This document shows positions 37,384 to 45,054 of a stretch of DNA of 64,000 nucleotides, in pieces; within the stretch, counting starts at the first letter, position 1; each line of letters opens with the position of its first letter. Below the pieces are notes generated by a model. The model was not told the origin of the DNA. It saw nothing but the letters and a program-made list of their open reading frames with translations, and ran no database searches. The stretch comes from a virus: positions 96,001 through 160,000 of IMG/VR virus record IMGVR_UViG_3300043788_000023; one strand, written 5' to 3'. A program made the position numbers and the translations under genes.

Positions 37384-37722
37384 CTAGTCTTGAACCCTTT
37401 CCCAAGTCACGTAAACTTTTCGCGCCTTCAAACCGGATTGCTTCACGGGCTGGTAATTCACATCAACCGCCTCAACGATTCTCTCCCAATGGCAATGCTT
37501 GTTTCCAAGAGGGGCATCGTCAAAAGCACAACCGTGTGGCGCGTTGTCAGTGGGCATGATCACCGCACTTTCAGGAACATCGTAGTCTTTGGCGTACTCA
37601 GCGGCATCGGGCTGCGCCCAACTACATCCGGCTGCGCGGCAAAGCCAAAAAATAACGCCAATCAGGATGAGGCCCGACACTGTTCCAAATGGATTGCTTG
37701 AAGCCTTTTTTGTCTCAGCCAT
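37384..37722 (-). CDS. Membrane-anchored hypothetical protein
   Basis: N-terminal TM helix; PHGCAF..APLGNKHCH. Confidence 0.6.
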   Translation of the reverse strand: MAETKKASSNPFGTVSGLILIGVIFWLCRAAGCSWAQPDAAEYAKDYDVPESAVIMPTDNAPHGCAFDDAPLGNKHCHWERIVEAVDVNYQPVKQSGLKARKVYVTWERVQD

Positions 37723-37907
37723 TATTGCACCGTACCCGTGATCACGCGCCCGCCGCCGTTGATGTAGTCGGGTTGAACCACGCACGGGCCTTGGATGCAG
37801 GTGTGGTTGCCAGCAGGCACTAAGTCACCTGCGTGGTAGACGGGTTGCTGTGGGGCAGAGGAACACGCACACAGCAAAACAACTGGCAGGAGCAGCAGAC
37901 TTTTCAT
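37722..37907 (-). CDS. Small lipoprotein
   Basis: MKSLLLLPVVLLCAC lipobox; GGAGGG RBS. Confidence 0.6.
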   Translation of the reverse strand: MKSLLLLPVVLLCACSSAPQQPVYHAGDLVPAGNHTCIQGPCVVQPDYINGGGRVITGTVQ

Positions 37908-37997
37908 CGTTCCCTCCAGCCATAGTATACAGCGGGGTCTGAAGGATTGTCTACGAAGGAAAAGCGAAGAGGGCACGTCCCATAACGGAGAGTATGT

Positions 37998-38504
37998 TTA
38001 CCTGCCTGCGCGTGCTTCTTCCCTTATTTTTTCGTCTCTAAGGGCTTGGTAGATCGTTCCCACAGAGCACTGATGCTTCTTCGCAACAGCGCGATAACTC
38101 ATCCCACTTTGCCGATCTCTTTTGACCGCTTCTAAATCAAAGACTCTTTTAGGTCGTCCGGGGAAACGTCCATTTTCACGGGCTTTTTCCAGCCCGCGCT
38201 TGATTCTCTCGCCCACGGGAAGCATGCTGTACAACACTGTCAGGTCTCCGGGCTTATACACGACGACGGGCAAGCCCGCTTTCGCCAGTAATCCTGCGAC
38301 CTCGTTTTGATTGCCGTGCAGTTGTCGCCCTACCGTGGGGCCTTTTGTCTCAATCGGTCGAATAGTTAGTTCATCTGTCTCAGGGTCAGTTCGGTAGCAA
38401 AGAAAATCGGGCCAGCCGTTTCTGATAACAGTCCATCCATCCGCCTCAAGCTCTTCTTTAGCTTGTCGTTCCGCTTTGGTCAGATTCCTCGCCGTTATAG
38501 CCAT
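37998..38504 (-). CDS. VRR-NUC/PD-(D/E)XK nuclease fused to a resolvase-type HTH
   Basis: GWPD...IETKGP...Q; GRFPGRP; SYRAVAKKHQCSVGTIY. Confidence 0.65.
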   Translation of the reverse strand: MAITARNLTKAERQAKEELEADGWTVIRNGWPDFLCYRTDPETDELTIRPIETKGPTVGRQLHGNQNEVAGLLAKAGLPVVVYKPGDLTVLYSMLPVGERIKRGLEKARENGRFPGRPKRVFDLEAVKRDRQSGMSYRAVAKKHQCSVGTIYQALRDEKIREEARAGR

Positions 38505-38509
38505 CAGAT

Positions 38510-38698
38510 TTACCTTGTCTTACACACCGCGCATCTGGAATCGCTGGGCGGTATCAGGTGCTTGCAACTGCGGCACGGGTGATAGCCCAAGTCCAGCAAC
38601 GTTTTCCTGCTCCGAACGCCCCAGTCCCGGCACCACGGACACAGACCGTTTTCGTCAAGCTGGTACCAGAAATTGCGAAGTTTGGTCAGGATTCCCAT
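38510..38698 (-). CDS. Small Zn-ribbon protein
   Basis: Three CxxC motifs. Confidence 0.45.
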   Translation of the reverse strand: MGILTKLRNFWYQLDENGLCPWCRDWGVRSRKTLLDLGYHPCRSCKHLIPPSDSRCAVCKTR

Positions 38699-39171
38699 TT
38701 GCCCAGCTTGCTGCGCAGCCTTGCCTCTACAGCAGGGGGCACCAATCCCGAGACCGATCCGCCGTGGCGCACGACCGCCCGCACAAGCGACGAGCTTAGA
38801 TAGCTGTGAGCCTCGCCGGGTATCATGAATACGGTCTCTATCTCAGGGGCGAGCTTGCGGTTCATCATCGCCATCTGTAACTCGTACTCATAGTCGGACA
38901 CGGCGCGGATGCCGCGCAGCAGGATGCGTGCTCCCAAGTGTTTCGCGTAATCCACCACCAGCCCTTCAAACGTCCCCACCTCTACGTTTGGGAGATGCTT
39001 GGTGTTCTCGTGCAGCATCTCTATCCTCTCCTCCAAGGAAAAGAGGGGTGCCTTGTCGCTCTTCAAGGGCACAGCCACGTAAACTATGCCGATCTTGGAA
39101 GCCCGCGAGATCAGGTCAAGGTGCCCGTTCGTGACGGGATCGAATGTGCCCGGATATACGACGATGTTCAC
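38686..39171 (-). CDS. coaD: Phosphopantetheine adenylyltransferase
   Basis: YPGTFDPVTNGHLDLI, LRGIRAVSDYEYELQMAMMN and YLSSSLVR motifs. Confidence 0.95.
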   Translation of the reverse strand: MNIVVYPGTFDPVTNGHLDLISRASKIGIVYVAVPLKSDKAPLFSLEERIEMLHENTKHLPNVEVGTFEGLVVDYAKHLGARILLRGIRAVSDYEYELQMAMMNRKLAPEIETVFMIPGEAHSYLSSSLVRAVVRHGGSVSGLVPPAVEARLRSKLGKWES

Positions 39172-39558
39172 TTAAAAAGTTCCGATCCGCTCGCGCTTCT
39201 CCAGCCCCATCTCCACGCACCAGTCTTGCAGCACCGTGATGGCCTTGATCACCTGCTTGCGGGTGATCTTCTTGTACTTCCGGTTGTGGAAGATGTGGTC
39301 GGCTGTCTTCTCGGCGGCGCAGGCGATGGGCAGGTTCGTGTTCCAGTCCGTCTCCTTGGCGAAGCCGCAGCCGATGGTGCCGAACTTCGGGAATATCTGC
39401 ACCGCCTGGTCACGGTACAGCTTGATGCGGGCGATGAAGTAGTCCTCGTCCAGCGGGGGCGTGATTGACACCAACACACCACCCTTCGCCACGAACGTGT
39501 CTTCCGCCTTGGCGAAGCTTGCGTTGACCTCGATGACTATCTTCTTACTCGTGCTCAT
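39172..39558 (-). CDS. Hypothetical protein
   Basis: 128 aa; strong phage-type codon bias. Confidence 0.6.
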   Translation of the reverse strand: MSTSKKIVIEVNASFAKAEDTFVAKGGVLVSITPPLDEDYFIARIKLYRDQAVQIFPKFGTIGCGFAKETDWNTNLPIACAAEKTADHIFHNRKYKKITRKQVIKAITVLQDWCVEMGLEKRERIGTF

Positions 39559-40231
39559 ACTCTTCCTTCTCAACCTTGCCCTTACGGTTGACCGTGATCT
39601 TCATGTGGTCGCCGAACATGGTCTCAAGGTCTTCCTCGTCAAAATTCCCGAGGAACTTGGAGACCTTGTCCGTCGCCTTGTCAAACGCCTTGCTGTACTC
39701 CTCGTGGGACTTGACCTTCACGCCGTCCACGGTGATTGCACCCTTCTCGTCAATGGCGACGGTCTTGCCGTCGATGCTCATGGCGGAAATCTTCCCGCCC
39801 TTCATGCCGTCGAACATGCGCTTGTAGTCGTCCTGCGTCTTGATCTCGTCGCCGTCCTCATTGGTGAGGTCGCCGCTGTTCTCGTCGTACGTGATCTCCT
39901 GCCCGTCCAAGACCAGCGTGACGGAGGGGTAGTCGGTGTGGGCGCTGAACTCGCAGACGTCCCCGTCGTTCCAGTAGGGCGTGTACTGGGTCCAGCCGAA
40001 CGTGATGATGTCCGGGTTCTCCTCAAAGAACTCCTCCGCCATCTCAGCGAAGGCGCTCTTCGCCGTGGTCTCCATCGCCTTTTTGGCTTCGGCGATCTTC
40101 TTCTTCAGTTCTTGGTACTTCTTCGCTGCTGCGGTTGCCATGATGGGTTTCTCCTCTGATTTTGGTTCCGGTTCCGGCATGTAGTGCGGGTGTCCGACTG
40201 GCGGCTTGTTCAGTCCATTCATCGGGTCCAT
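39545..40231 (-). CDS. Conserved phage hypothetical protein
   Basis: WTQYTPYWNDGDVCEFS...MFGDH...VTVNR motif. Confidence 0.7.
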   Translation of the reverse strand: MDPMNGLNKPPVGHPHYMPEPEPKSEEKPIMATAAAKKYQELKKKIAEAKKAMETTAKSAFAEMAEEFFEENPDIITFGWTQYTPYWNDGDVCEFSAHTDYPSVTLVLDGQEITYDENSGDLTNEDGDEIKTQDDYKRMFDGMKGGKISAMSIDGKTVAIDEKGAITVDGVKVKSHEEYSKAFDKATDKVSKFLGNFDEEDLETMFGDHMKITVNRKGKVEKEEYEHE

Positions 40232-40232
40232 G

Positions 40233-40619
40233 TCAGTCCACCGTTTTCCTTTTCCTCAAAAGTCTCTTCGCTGACGGAGGCGGCTCGCCTCGCCCGGTTA
40301 CCATCCATTCCTTGACTTCCATCTCTTGGAGGAAGTCCTGCGCGGAGGGGATGAACCTCCCCCGGAAATCCTCAAGCACGTGCTGCTCGCCGATGTCCCG
40401 CACCGAGATCGTCATGCCGTCGCTGTTCTTCAGCGTGACCCCGAAAACCAGTTCAAGGATCGTGCCCACGAACCATGCGTTGTGGGTCAGCGTCCTGTGG
40501 CGGCTGTCCGCCATCGTGCCCTTGGAGGAGTCCATGAGGTTGTGAATCTCAATGTAGTCCTCGGGCTTACCACCAAACTTTTTGGCGCTGCTCTCTGCGT
40601 GAATCCAAGGCTTCGCCAT
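40233..40619 (-). CDS. DUF6915-like protein
   Basis: PWIHAESSAKKFGG..EDY..IH..MDSSK....D.RHR...H...GEQHVLED. Confidence 0.7.
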   Translation of the reverse strand: MAKPWIHAESSAKKFGGKPEDYIEIHNLMDSSKGTMADSRHRTLTHNAWFVGTILELVFGVTLKNSDGMTISVRDIGEQHVLEDFRGRFIPSAQDFLQEMEVKEWMVTGRGEPPPSAKRLLRKRKTVD

Positions 40620-41116
40620 CAGAGGTCATCGTCGCTTTCAACCTCTGGAAATGGGTAATCTCCCAAGTTCGTCGGGCTGTGATCAATGGTCACACCGTGG
40701 TTGTGACCCCAAGAAAGCTTGACCTCCAAGTCCGGTTCGCTTCCCCAGAACTGGAGCACCGTGCCGCCGCTGACTTGGTTCAGATGCCACCCAAAAGGCT
40801 TGCGTGACTTCTCCACCATCGCTTGGTATTCCTTGTACGCCTTCGTCGCTGCTTCGTGTTCGGCTTTCAGTTCGCCCACGGTCTTCGTGTCGGGCGTCGC
40901 GGACGTGATTGTTGCGCCATAGCCAGGAGACGGGGCAGGAGTTAATTTCTTGAATTCGTGTTCGGTGTTCAGGTAGGACTCTTGTGCCTGCTCGCAGAGG
41001 GCGTCAAGCTCTTCCTCTGACATGTCAATCGGCACCCAGACGTAGGTGTACCCGGTGCCGTGCTTCCAGCTTATCGGTTCACCGCAGCGCCAGTGCTCAA
41101 TCCTTGCAAGCTTCAT
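40619..41116 (-). CDS. Hypothetical protein
   Basis: GAGGAG RBS; TGATG coupling to the next gene. Confidence 0.6.
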   Translation of the reverse strand: MKLARIEHWRCGEPISWKHGTGYTYVWVPIDMSEEELDALCEQAQESYLNTEHEFKKLTPAPSPGYGATITSATPDTKTVGELKAEHEAATKAYKEYQAMVEKSRKPFGWHLNQVSGGTVLQFWGSEPDLEVKLSWGHNHGVTIDHSPTNLGDYPFPEVESDDDL

Positions 41117-41117
41117 G

Positions 41118-41417
41118 TCAGTTCTCCTCAACGATGTCAAGCATGCGTCCCGCAGCGGAAAGACGCCCACGCATATAGTTCACTGCGAAGAAAAGTTCCT
41201 CGGCTGCTTGTTGGGAGAAGGCTTGTGCGAAGATGCGACCGTCAGACTCGTAGATGTTCCACTGGTTGTTGTACATCCCGTCGTCAACGAACTCCATCCG
41301 AGTTAGAGGCAAGTAGATCATGGGAGAAAGCGCAAGGGAGGCTGCGCAGCCTCCCCCACATAGCTCACCAGTGCTCACCAGTACTGTCAAACCCTGACCC
41401 TCATCGGAGACACTCAC
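41118..41417 (-). CDS. Hypothetical protein
   Basis: ORF fills the operon gap; start uncertain. Confidence 0.4.
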   Translation of the reverse strand: MSVSDEGQGLTVLVSTGELCGGGCAASLALSPMIYLPLTRMEFVDDGMYNNQWNIYESDGRIFAQAFSQQAAEELFFAVNYMRGRLSAAGRMLDIVEEN

Positions 41418-41529
41418 GTGAGCTTCAACTCTCCGAACTATTGGCGGATTCTATTAGACTGGACTGTCGCTCTGGACTGTCGCCAAGTTCATAATACATC
41501 TACTGGGGGATTTTGCAACATGCGGCCGC

Positions 41530-42285
41530 TTAAGACTGCACAGCCCGCCACATGCTTTTTAGCGCACGGCTGACTTCAGCACGAGCTTCCGGTGTCCAAT
41601 GTGCTGCGAGAGCTTTGGACATGCGCTTGCGCACACGGTCAGGAGCCTTGTCCCAAACCGCGGTCATCTGTTGGCTGATTCTTTCACGGTCTTCAGGGGA
41701 CCAACGTGCGTCCTTGAAGGAACGTCCGTAGTTATGCTTGGGTCCGTGCCCCTTGCCTCGGTAAATGCCGTGAGCACGTGCTATCCTCGCAACGTATAAA
41801 GTGGGCTTGTTTAGGTCACGACCGATGTCAGAGTAGCTTTGATCCGGGTGCTTACGCACATATTCAGCGACCTCGGCGTTGCGCTGCCTAGATTCTTCGG
41901 TCACGTTTGTGCGGCGCTGATTGCTGCGGTACACGACCTGACCGACCACGTGCTTCGGCAACCCGAACGCTTCGGAGATTTCTATGTAGGTCATCTCAGG
42001 GTGCGACTGCACGTAGCGCAGGATGCGGGTATCACGCTTCTGTTGGAGTTCCTTGGCGGATAGGACTCGGGGCACTCGTGGTTTGGGGGTTCTCCACTCC
42101 AAGTGGGATGTCCCGGTGAGACCAGCGGCACGGGCTTTCTTGAAGTTCCGGCGCTTCGCTGCAAAATAGACGGAGTTCATAGAACGCCCGAAGTGCGCCC
42201 CGATCTCACGCCAAGTAAGCTCCGGGTGTTCAGCAGCGTACTTCACAACTTCATCGTTGGATTGTTTGGAACTGTACTTGCTCAT
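41530..42285 (-). CDS. Basic DNA-binding protein with three HTH repeats and NUMOD3-like helices
   Basis: Three Y..xHP..(T/S)(W/Y)..I repeats; W(S/T)PE.R repeats. Confidence 0.65.
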   Translation of the reverse strand: MSKYSSKQSNDEVVKYAAEHPELTWREIGAHFGRSMNSVYFAAKRRNFKKARAAGLTGTSHLEWRTPKPRVPRVLSAKELQQKRDTRILRYVQSHPEMTYIEISEAFGLPKHVVGQVVYRSNQRRTNVTEESRQRNAEVAEYVRKHPDQSYSDIGRDLNKPTLYVARIARAHGIYRGKGHGPKHNYGRSFKDARWSPEDRERISQQMTAVWDKAPDRVRKRMSKALAAHWTPEARAEVSRALKSMWRAVQS

Positions 42286-42305
42286 GCTTGCTAATACTTG
42301 AAAAT

Positions 42306-42390
42306 TGGTACGCGGGGGAGGAATCGAACCTCCGACCTCTCCTCATCAAAAGGGGAGCGCTCTGGTACAACCCAACTGAGCTACCCGCGT
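42306..42390 (-). tRNA. Atypical tRNA, anticodon undetermined (expanded D loop and anticodon arm)
   Basis: Acceptor ACGCGGG/CCCGCGU-A-CCA; normal T arm; anticodon region CUCCCC-UUUUGAU-GAGGAG. Confidence 0.65.
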
Positions 42391-42392
42391 AT

Positions 42393-42497
42393 TGGAGCGC
42401 CTGGGGGGATTTGAACCCCCGACCAACGGATTATTTCTCCGCTGCTCTTGCGAGGTCGGTTTTAGAGACCGCCGCTCTACCACTGAGCTACAGGCGC
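42393..42497 (-). tRNA. Amber-suppressor tRNA(CUA), 105 nt, with an extra anticodon-like arm
   Basis: GCGCCUG/CAGGCGC-U-CCA; loop CU-CUA-AA; inserted GCGGA-GAAAUAA-UCCGU arm. Confidence 0.72.
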
Positions 42498-42502
42498 AAA
42501 CT

Positions 42503-42577
42503 TGGCACCCCCGGTGGGATTTTTACCCACATGCGCGGCTTTAGAGGCCACTGCTCTTGCTGTTGAGCTACGGGAGT
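42503..42577 (-). tRNA. Amber-suppressor tRNA(CUA) with degenerate D and T loops
   Basis: ACUCCCG/CGGGGGU-G-CCA; loop CU-CUA-AA; T loop UAAAAAU. Confidence 0.78.
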
Positions 42578-42703
42578 ATGGTGTACGCATCTTATCGCAC
42601 CCACGAGGGCGTAAGGGAGACTTTCTTTCCGGGTGCGCGGCGTACCTGCGATTTTTCCCGTCAGTCGTCTCTGCGAAATATCGTTCGGTGTCTAATACTG
42701 GTG

Positions 42704-42782
42704 TGGTGGGGTCGGCGGGATTTGAACCCGGCGATCAGGGTTTTAGAGACCCCTGCTTTGGGCCAGACTAAGCTACGACCCC
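42704..42782 (-). tRNA. Amber-suppressor tRNA(CUA)
   Basis: GGGGUCG/CGACCCC-A-CCA; loop CU-CUA-AA; T loop UUCAAAU. Confidence 0.85.
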
Positions 42783-42788
42783 GCACCA

Positions 42789-43394
42789 TCAGTATACAGC
42801 CACCTCTTTCAAACTGGCTACCAGCTTCTTGCCGATCTTGTCAATCTGCTTCCACTTGATCTTGAACGTGTCGCTGTCAAGCTGATGCAGCCATGACGCG
42901 TTTGAGTGAATCTCCGCAAGACCCGCAAGGATCAGTGACGGAGCCTCGGGACGCTTGATGAACTCGTCAATGGCGGTTGCGCCCTTGATCGTGTGGATGT
43001 CCATGTCCGCCCGAATCAGGTCGCCGATCTGCTCGTCTTCCGGTGACCAGTGATCGTGCCCGTCAAGTTGTATAGCAGCATGCTTCATCCACGTCTCGTA
43101 ACTGATCTGCGCGTGGTTCGTAAAATGCTGCTTGCCGTCCTCGTCCACAGTGCGACAGAACGGCTTGCCGCAGTCGTGGTAGATCAGGTAGTGCTGCATG
43201 ATGTTCAGAGGAAGCTGGTGCGGCTTCATCGCTGCTGCCCACTCGGGCATGCGCCACTTGAGCTTTGGCTCCGGGCTGATGATGTCCAGATAGCGGGCGA
43301 ATACGTCCATCCCGTGATCCAGCACACTCATTCCGGGGAACTGCTCACACCTCTTCATCGGTTCTTCCAGCTTACACAGATTGGTCTACAGCAT
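42789..43394 (-). CDS. HD-domain phosphohydrolase with an in-frame TAG at codon 3
   Basis: SVLDHG, YHDCGKP, HFTNHA, DMDIH; GAGGAGG-N6-ATG CTG TAG in frame with the ORF. Confidence 0.78.
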
Positions 43395-43572
43395 TGTCTT
43401 CCTCCTCGGCGCAGAACCCGCAGTGCGGGCACGTGACGCCATATAGAATTCCCCAGCAATACGACTTGCCACACTTTTCGCAAGCAAGTCTGTGGGAGCC
43501 GGGGTTTGAGCTTCCACAGCAACAAAGTTTTGTCACCACTGGTGACGGCATAAACACGTCAAGCCAACTCAT
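43372..43572 (-). CDS. Small Cys-rich Zn-ribbon protein
   Basis: CEKC and CPHC; TGATG coupling. Confidence 0.5.
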   Translation of the reverse strand: MSWLDVFMPSPVVTKLCCCGSSNPGSHRLACEKCGKSYCWGILYGVTCPHCGFCAEEEDNAVDQSV

Positions 43573-44237
43573 CAGACATCCTCCTCGGTGCTGCCCTGCT
43601 TGCGGACGCCCCATCCTCCGCGCCAGTATACCTCAAGGGTGTCATCCCACATCGCCTCACGGCGGTCGTTCCAACTGGGCCAGACCTCGTACTCCTTCGC
43701 GCCGATCCCGAGGATGCCACCGTGCTTTTCTTTCTTCGGCGGCAAATCCTTGACTGGGTCTTTGGGGCTGAGACCAAGCTTCCCGTAGGCGTAGTCCGCA
43801 GCGTGGCGGCATTCTTCACCGCCTGGACGAATCTCATCTGCGTGCCTTTTCACCCAGCGGTGGAAGGCGTCCATCTCAACCTTCAGTTCCACGTCGCGGC
43901 TCGCCTTGCGGGTCTCGTCATCGCTCTTGCGGTAGCGCTCGGCGGAGTCCGAGTTGCCCACTTCCGAGTAGTCAATCTCGGCGTCGGGGGTATCCCACAG
44001 CAGATCGGTGATGCTCATTGGCGAGATCACGACCTTTGATCCTTTGCTGGTGTACTTACCGCCCACGAGATCGTAGTAGGGCTTCTTCGCCGGGTCACGC
44101 TTCAGCACTTGCAGGCGTCCGTCCCAGTACGCAGGCTCGGTGGTCACCGTGAAGATGTCCACGTTCTCCACGCAGCACTCAAGCTCACCGCTCGGATCGG
44201 CTTCCTGTAATTCCGCTATTAAGTCCTTGGTTTTCAT
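43572..44237 (-). CDS. Hypothetical protein
   Basis: MKTKDLIAELQEADPSGE...PAYWDG; ATGA coupling to the Pth2-like gene. Confidence 0.7.
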   Translation of the reverse strand: MKTKDLIAELQEADPSGELECCVENVDIFTVTTEPAYWDGRLQVLKRDPAKKPYYDLVGGKYTSKGSKVVISPMSITDLLWDTPDAEIDYSEVGNSDSAERYRKSDDETRKASRDVELKVEMDAFHRWVKRHADEIRPGGEECRHAADYAYGKLGLSPKDPVKDLPPKKEKHGGILGIGAKEYEVWPSWNDRREAMWDDTLEVYWRGGWGVRKQGSTEEDV

Positions 44238-44602
44238 TGTATTGCTCCTGTTGCGTCCGGCTCGTGCCAGAGGCGGTAATTGGACAGCGCCCGGCGCTGC
44301 ACGCCCTCAATGGGGACGGTGGCAACGGCAGACAGACCCATATTGAAGTCCGGCTCGTAGAATACCTGATGACCGATGTCGTGGGAACGCAGCTTCTCAA
44401 TGACACGGAAGAGCGCCGCCTTGTCGGGCACACCAATGGTGATGCACGATGGGGTCACGTCTAAATCTTGGGGTTGAGACAAACGGCGGGCGACCTCAAA
44501 GGTCGCGTGATTGGACTGAACCAACTGTTGCGCAAGGCTGATGTCCTGCCTCACGAACACGTAAAAGTAGGGGTGTTGCTGGGAAACCTAGTGCTGTGAC
44601 AT
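44234..44602 (-). CDS. Pth2-like peptidyl-tRNA hydrolase with an in-frame TAG at codon 5
   Basis: YFYVFVRQDISLAQQLVQSNHA...FYEPD...LSAVAT.P; ATG TCA CAG CAC TAG in frame; GGAGG upstream. Confidence 0.75.
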
Positions 44603-44655
44603 ATCCTTTGAGCCTCCATGACTCAATACTGCTAAAGTGGTCAGTAGTCAAATAA

Positions 44656-44817
44656 ATTGTCGGCGCGACGAACGGGAAATCGAACCCGAACTCCATACGG
44701 TGAGGAACCAACCGCCGCTCGCTTCGGCTGACTCATCCGGCTAGATGACGCCTCCACGATTATCGCTATCCGGGGAATTCGAACCCCGCTCTCAGCCACG
44801 AGAGGTCGCCCGACGAT
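44656..44817 (-). ncRNA. ~160-nt structured RNA with two T-arm hairpins (related to 34398..34549)
   Basis: Closing helix GUCGG-GCGAC/GUCGC-G-CCGAC; CGGGG-UUCGAAU-UCCCCG and CGGG-UUCGAUU-UCCCG; own promoter. Confidence 0.68.
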
Positions 44818-44833
44818 AACTCCAACAGTGCAT

Positions 44834-44862
44834 ATTATCTCACAGATCGGCGGCTTTGTCAA
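44834..44862 (-). promoter_or_regulatory. Sigma70-type promoter of the ncRNA/Pth2/HD/suppressor-tRNA operon
   Basis: TTGACA-N17-GATAAT with extended -10 TG. Confidence 0.8.
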
Positions 44863-45046
44863 CAGCATCTTTTACGAAACTAAGCACCTCATCGTAGTGC
44901 TCAGCGCACAACCAGCCCTGAGCCAGCTTGATAGACGCGGGCTTGTCGCAGAGGATCGGATCGCCGTCTTCCCCCGGCTCCGTGTGGAAATCCACGATGA
45001 ACTGGCAGTTGTGCAAAACTGGCTCCAGCCGTGGAGTTCCGTCCAT
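44840..45046 (-). CDS. Small Cys-rich protein
   Basis: CQF...CDKPASIK...WLCAEHYD; paralog of 14049..14279. Confidence 0.55.
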   Translation of the reverse strand: MDGTPRLEPVLHNCQFIVDFHTEPGEDGDPILCDKPASIKLAQGWLCAEHYDEVLSFVKDAVDKAADL

Positions 45047-45054
45047 GTCACCAC

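Noticed and set aside
42503-42577. tRNA-Pyl
   Set aside because: It shares the CUA anticodon, G73 and degenerate D/T loops, but lacks the 6-bp anticodon stem and 3-nt variable loop, and there are no pyl genes in the window.
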